Shown piece after piece: positions 20,126 to 21,815 of a stretch of DNA of 21,815 nt. Source of the DNA: Ginkgo biloba. Its lineage: Eukaryota; Plantae; Ginkgophyta. The notes beneath the pieces are model-generated. The model searched no databases. It saw nothing but the letters and a program-made list of their open reading frames with translations, and was not told the origin of the DNA. The stretch's first letter is position 1, and every line of letters begins with the position of its first letter. The position numbers and the translations under genes were made by a program. Location: NCBI GenBank assembly GCA_024626585.2, contig JANKJI020000004.1:84855954-84877768 (forward strand), written 5' to 3'.

Positions 20126-21815
20126 CATGAGCCACTACCAACAACCCTTGGTCATAAGTTGTATACCTTTTCTCTATTACATTCATCTTGTGGCTTTCAT
20201 AATCCACTACCTTACCATCTTGAGTTAGGATAGCTCTAATATCTACCCCACTTGCATCAGTTAATGTAACAACACCGCCTTAAGATTGCAACTAATCTAC
20301 AAGAATAGCAATACAATTTCCATATTTGCGTAAATCAATATATATAAATAATCATCATAACATCAGAGTGCATAAGATTAAATTTCCTCAACAAAGGATA
20401 GACTTNNNNNNNNNNNNNNNNNNNNNNNNNNNNNNNNNNNNNNNNNNNNNNNNNNNNNNNNNNNNNNNNNNNNNNNNNNNNNNNNNNNNNNNNNNNNNNN
20501 NNNNNNNNNNNNNNNNNNNNNNNNNNNNNNNNNNNNNNNNNNNNNNNNNNNNNNNNNNNNNNNNNNNNNNNNNNNNNNNNNNNNNNNNNNNNNNNNNNNN
20601 NNNNNNNNNNNNNNNNNNNNNNNNNNNNNNNNNNNNNNNNNNNNATTATTAATAAAATCATATTTTATATCAAAATAATTTTCCATTTCTTTCCATTTTC
20701 CTCCCAAGGTTTTAGGTTTTTATTTATATTGTTATCTAATGTTTAGTCTTCATTTATATCTCTATAATAGATATCTATCTTATTTATTGAATATATGTTC
20801 TTATAGATTCCATTTCACTTTCTTTTGGCATTAAAATGATACAACTAAGTGAAGATTGCATGAATCCAAAAGAGGGGATAAGAACTATTTGGGTATATTA
20901 TTACTTTGTAAGAAACCCTGATAATATATCATTCATCCATTGTTTATGTTATTAGACTTAGTAGTCCTAAATCCATTTATATAAGTGGTGACCTTTCTTC
21001 TTTACTCCCTAAATTCTCCACTTTTATCAACTTCCATGACATGTACCTCATTGAAATCTACCTATAAAAACTCTTATTTTCTCCTTAGGATCNNNNNNNN
21101 NNTTACGTTATTTTTTTTCTAAGTTTTCCTCTTCACTCATTTTCATCTTTACAAACTATGTTATGCATTTTACCCTCATGTCATACCTTTTCCCTTTAAT
21201 GCTACCCCTTTTCCTTCTCATGTCACATAATTCCCTATAAATATTTCACTTTTTTCCATATATGTTATGTATTTTTTATATTTAAGCCATATTTTTTCCT
21301 AACCATTAGATTGGACTTAGAAAGATAATTTTGACAACATAAAAAAGTTGAAAAATAAAGTCTCAAACTCTAAGTTATACCTATTTCTATAAGATGGTGT
21401 CAAATTTAATTTGTTTTCCTCCTTTTATTTATTTTTTATATATTTGTGCCTAATTTTCATATTTAATTGATTGAAAATTTAGGGTATGACCAAGGGAAAG
21501 AGACAAAAGTCCCTTTTTCTTCCCCATTATCATCTAGGTTTGATAAAACCTCAAATCCTCCTCTTAAACTATCATTATACATTATAACTATCACCATAAT
21601 TCTTCTTATTATCCTCTCTATCATCATTTTCCTTGAAATGATAAATCCCCTCATGAAACAACACTCCAATCCCCACCTCCCACCCCATATATTAATATTT
21701 GGGAATCCATGGGTCATGGTATATTAGGTCATTCATCGTACTATCTACCTAGTTCACAAGATTCTATCACTCATGCTTTACAATACTTTTGGGATCAATA
21801 TGTTTGAGGGGATTC

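Noticed and set aside
21463-21815. Overlapping ORFs with a hydrophobic Ile-rich stretch
   Set aside because: Low-complexity ATC/ATT-rich sequence with no domain or splice support; possibly decayed TE.

Overview
This is AT-rich, heavily gapped land-plant nuclear DNA with about 21 N-runs, seven of them exactly 100 N. The density of decayed LTR retrotransposons suggests a gymnosperm/conifer-type genome (inference). Three host-gene segments are recognisable. (1) The last coding exon of dihydroorotase (PYR4/pyrC-type, + strand, 5911-6099). (2) A disabled two-exon fragment of an AKT1-like Shaker K+ channel (+ strand, 10389-10923) with a frameshift, a premature stop and a mutated splice acceptor. 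(3) An apparently intact five-exon type III J-domain (DnaJ) gene (- strand, 13499 to about 14690, start codon hidden in a gap) with G-boxes and a near-consensus heat shock element upstream. The rest is mostly Ty1/copia and Ty3/gypsy remnants (RNase H, gag, zinc knuckle, integrase, chromodomain, LTRs, PBS, PPTs) plus two diverged tandem duplications with periods of about 450-490 bp. Most ORFs in the supplied track are spurious or span gaps. The three genes sit in different blocks separated by 100-N joins, so their adjacency may be an assembly artefact. I found no well-supported novel biological system.
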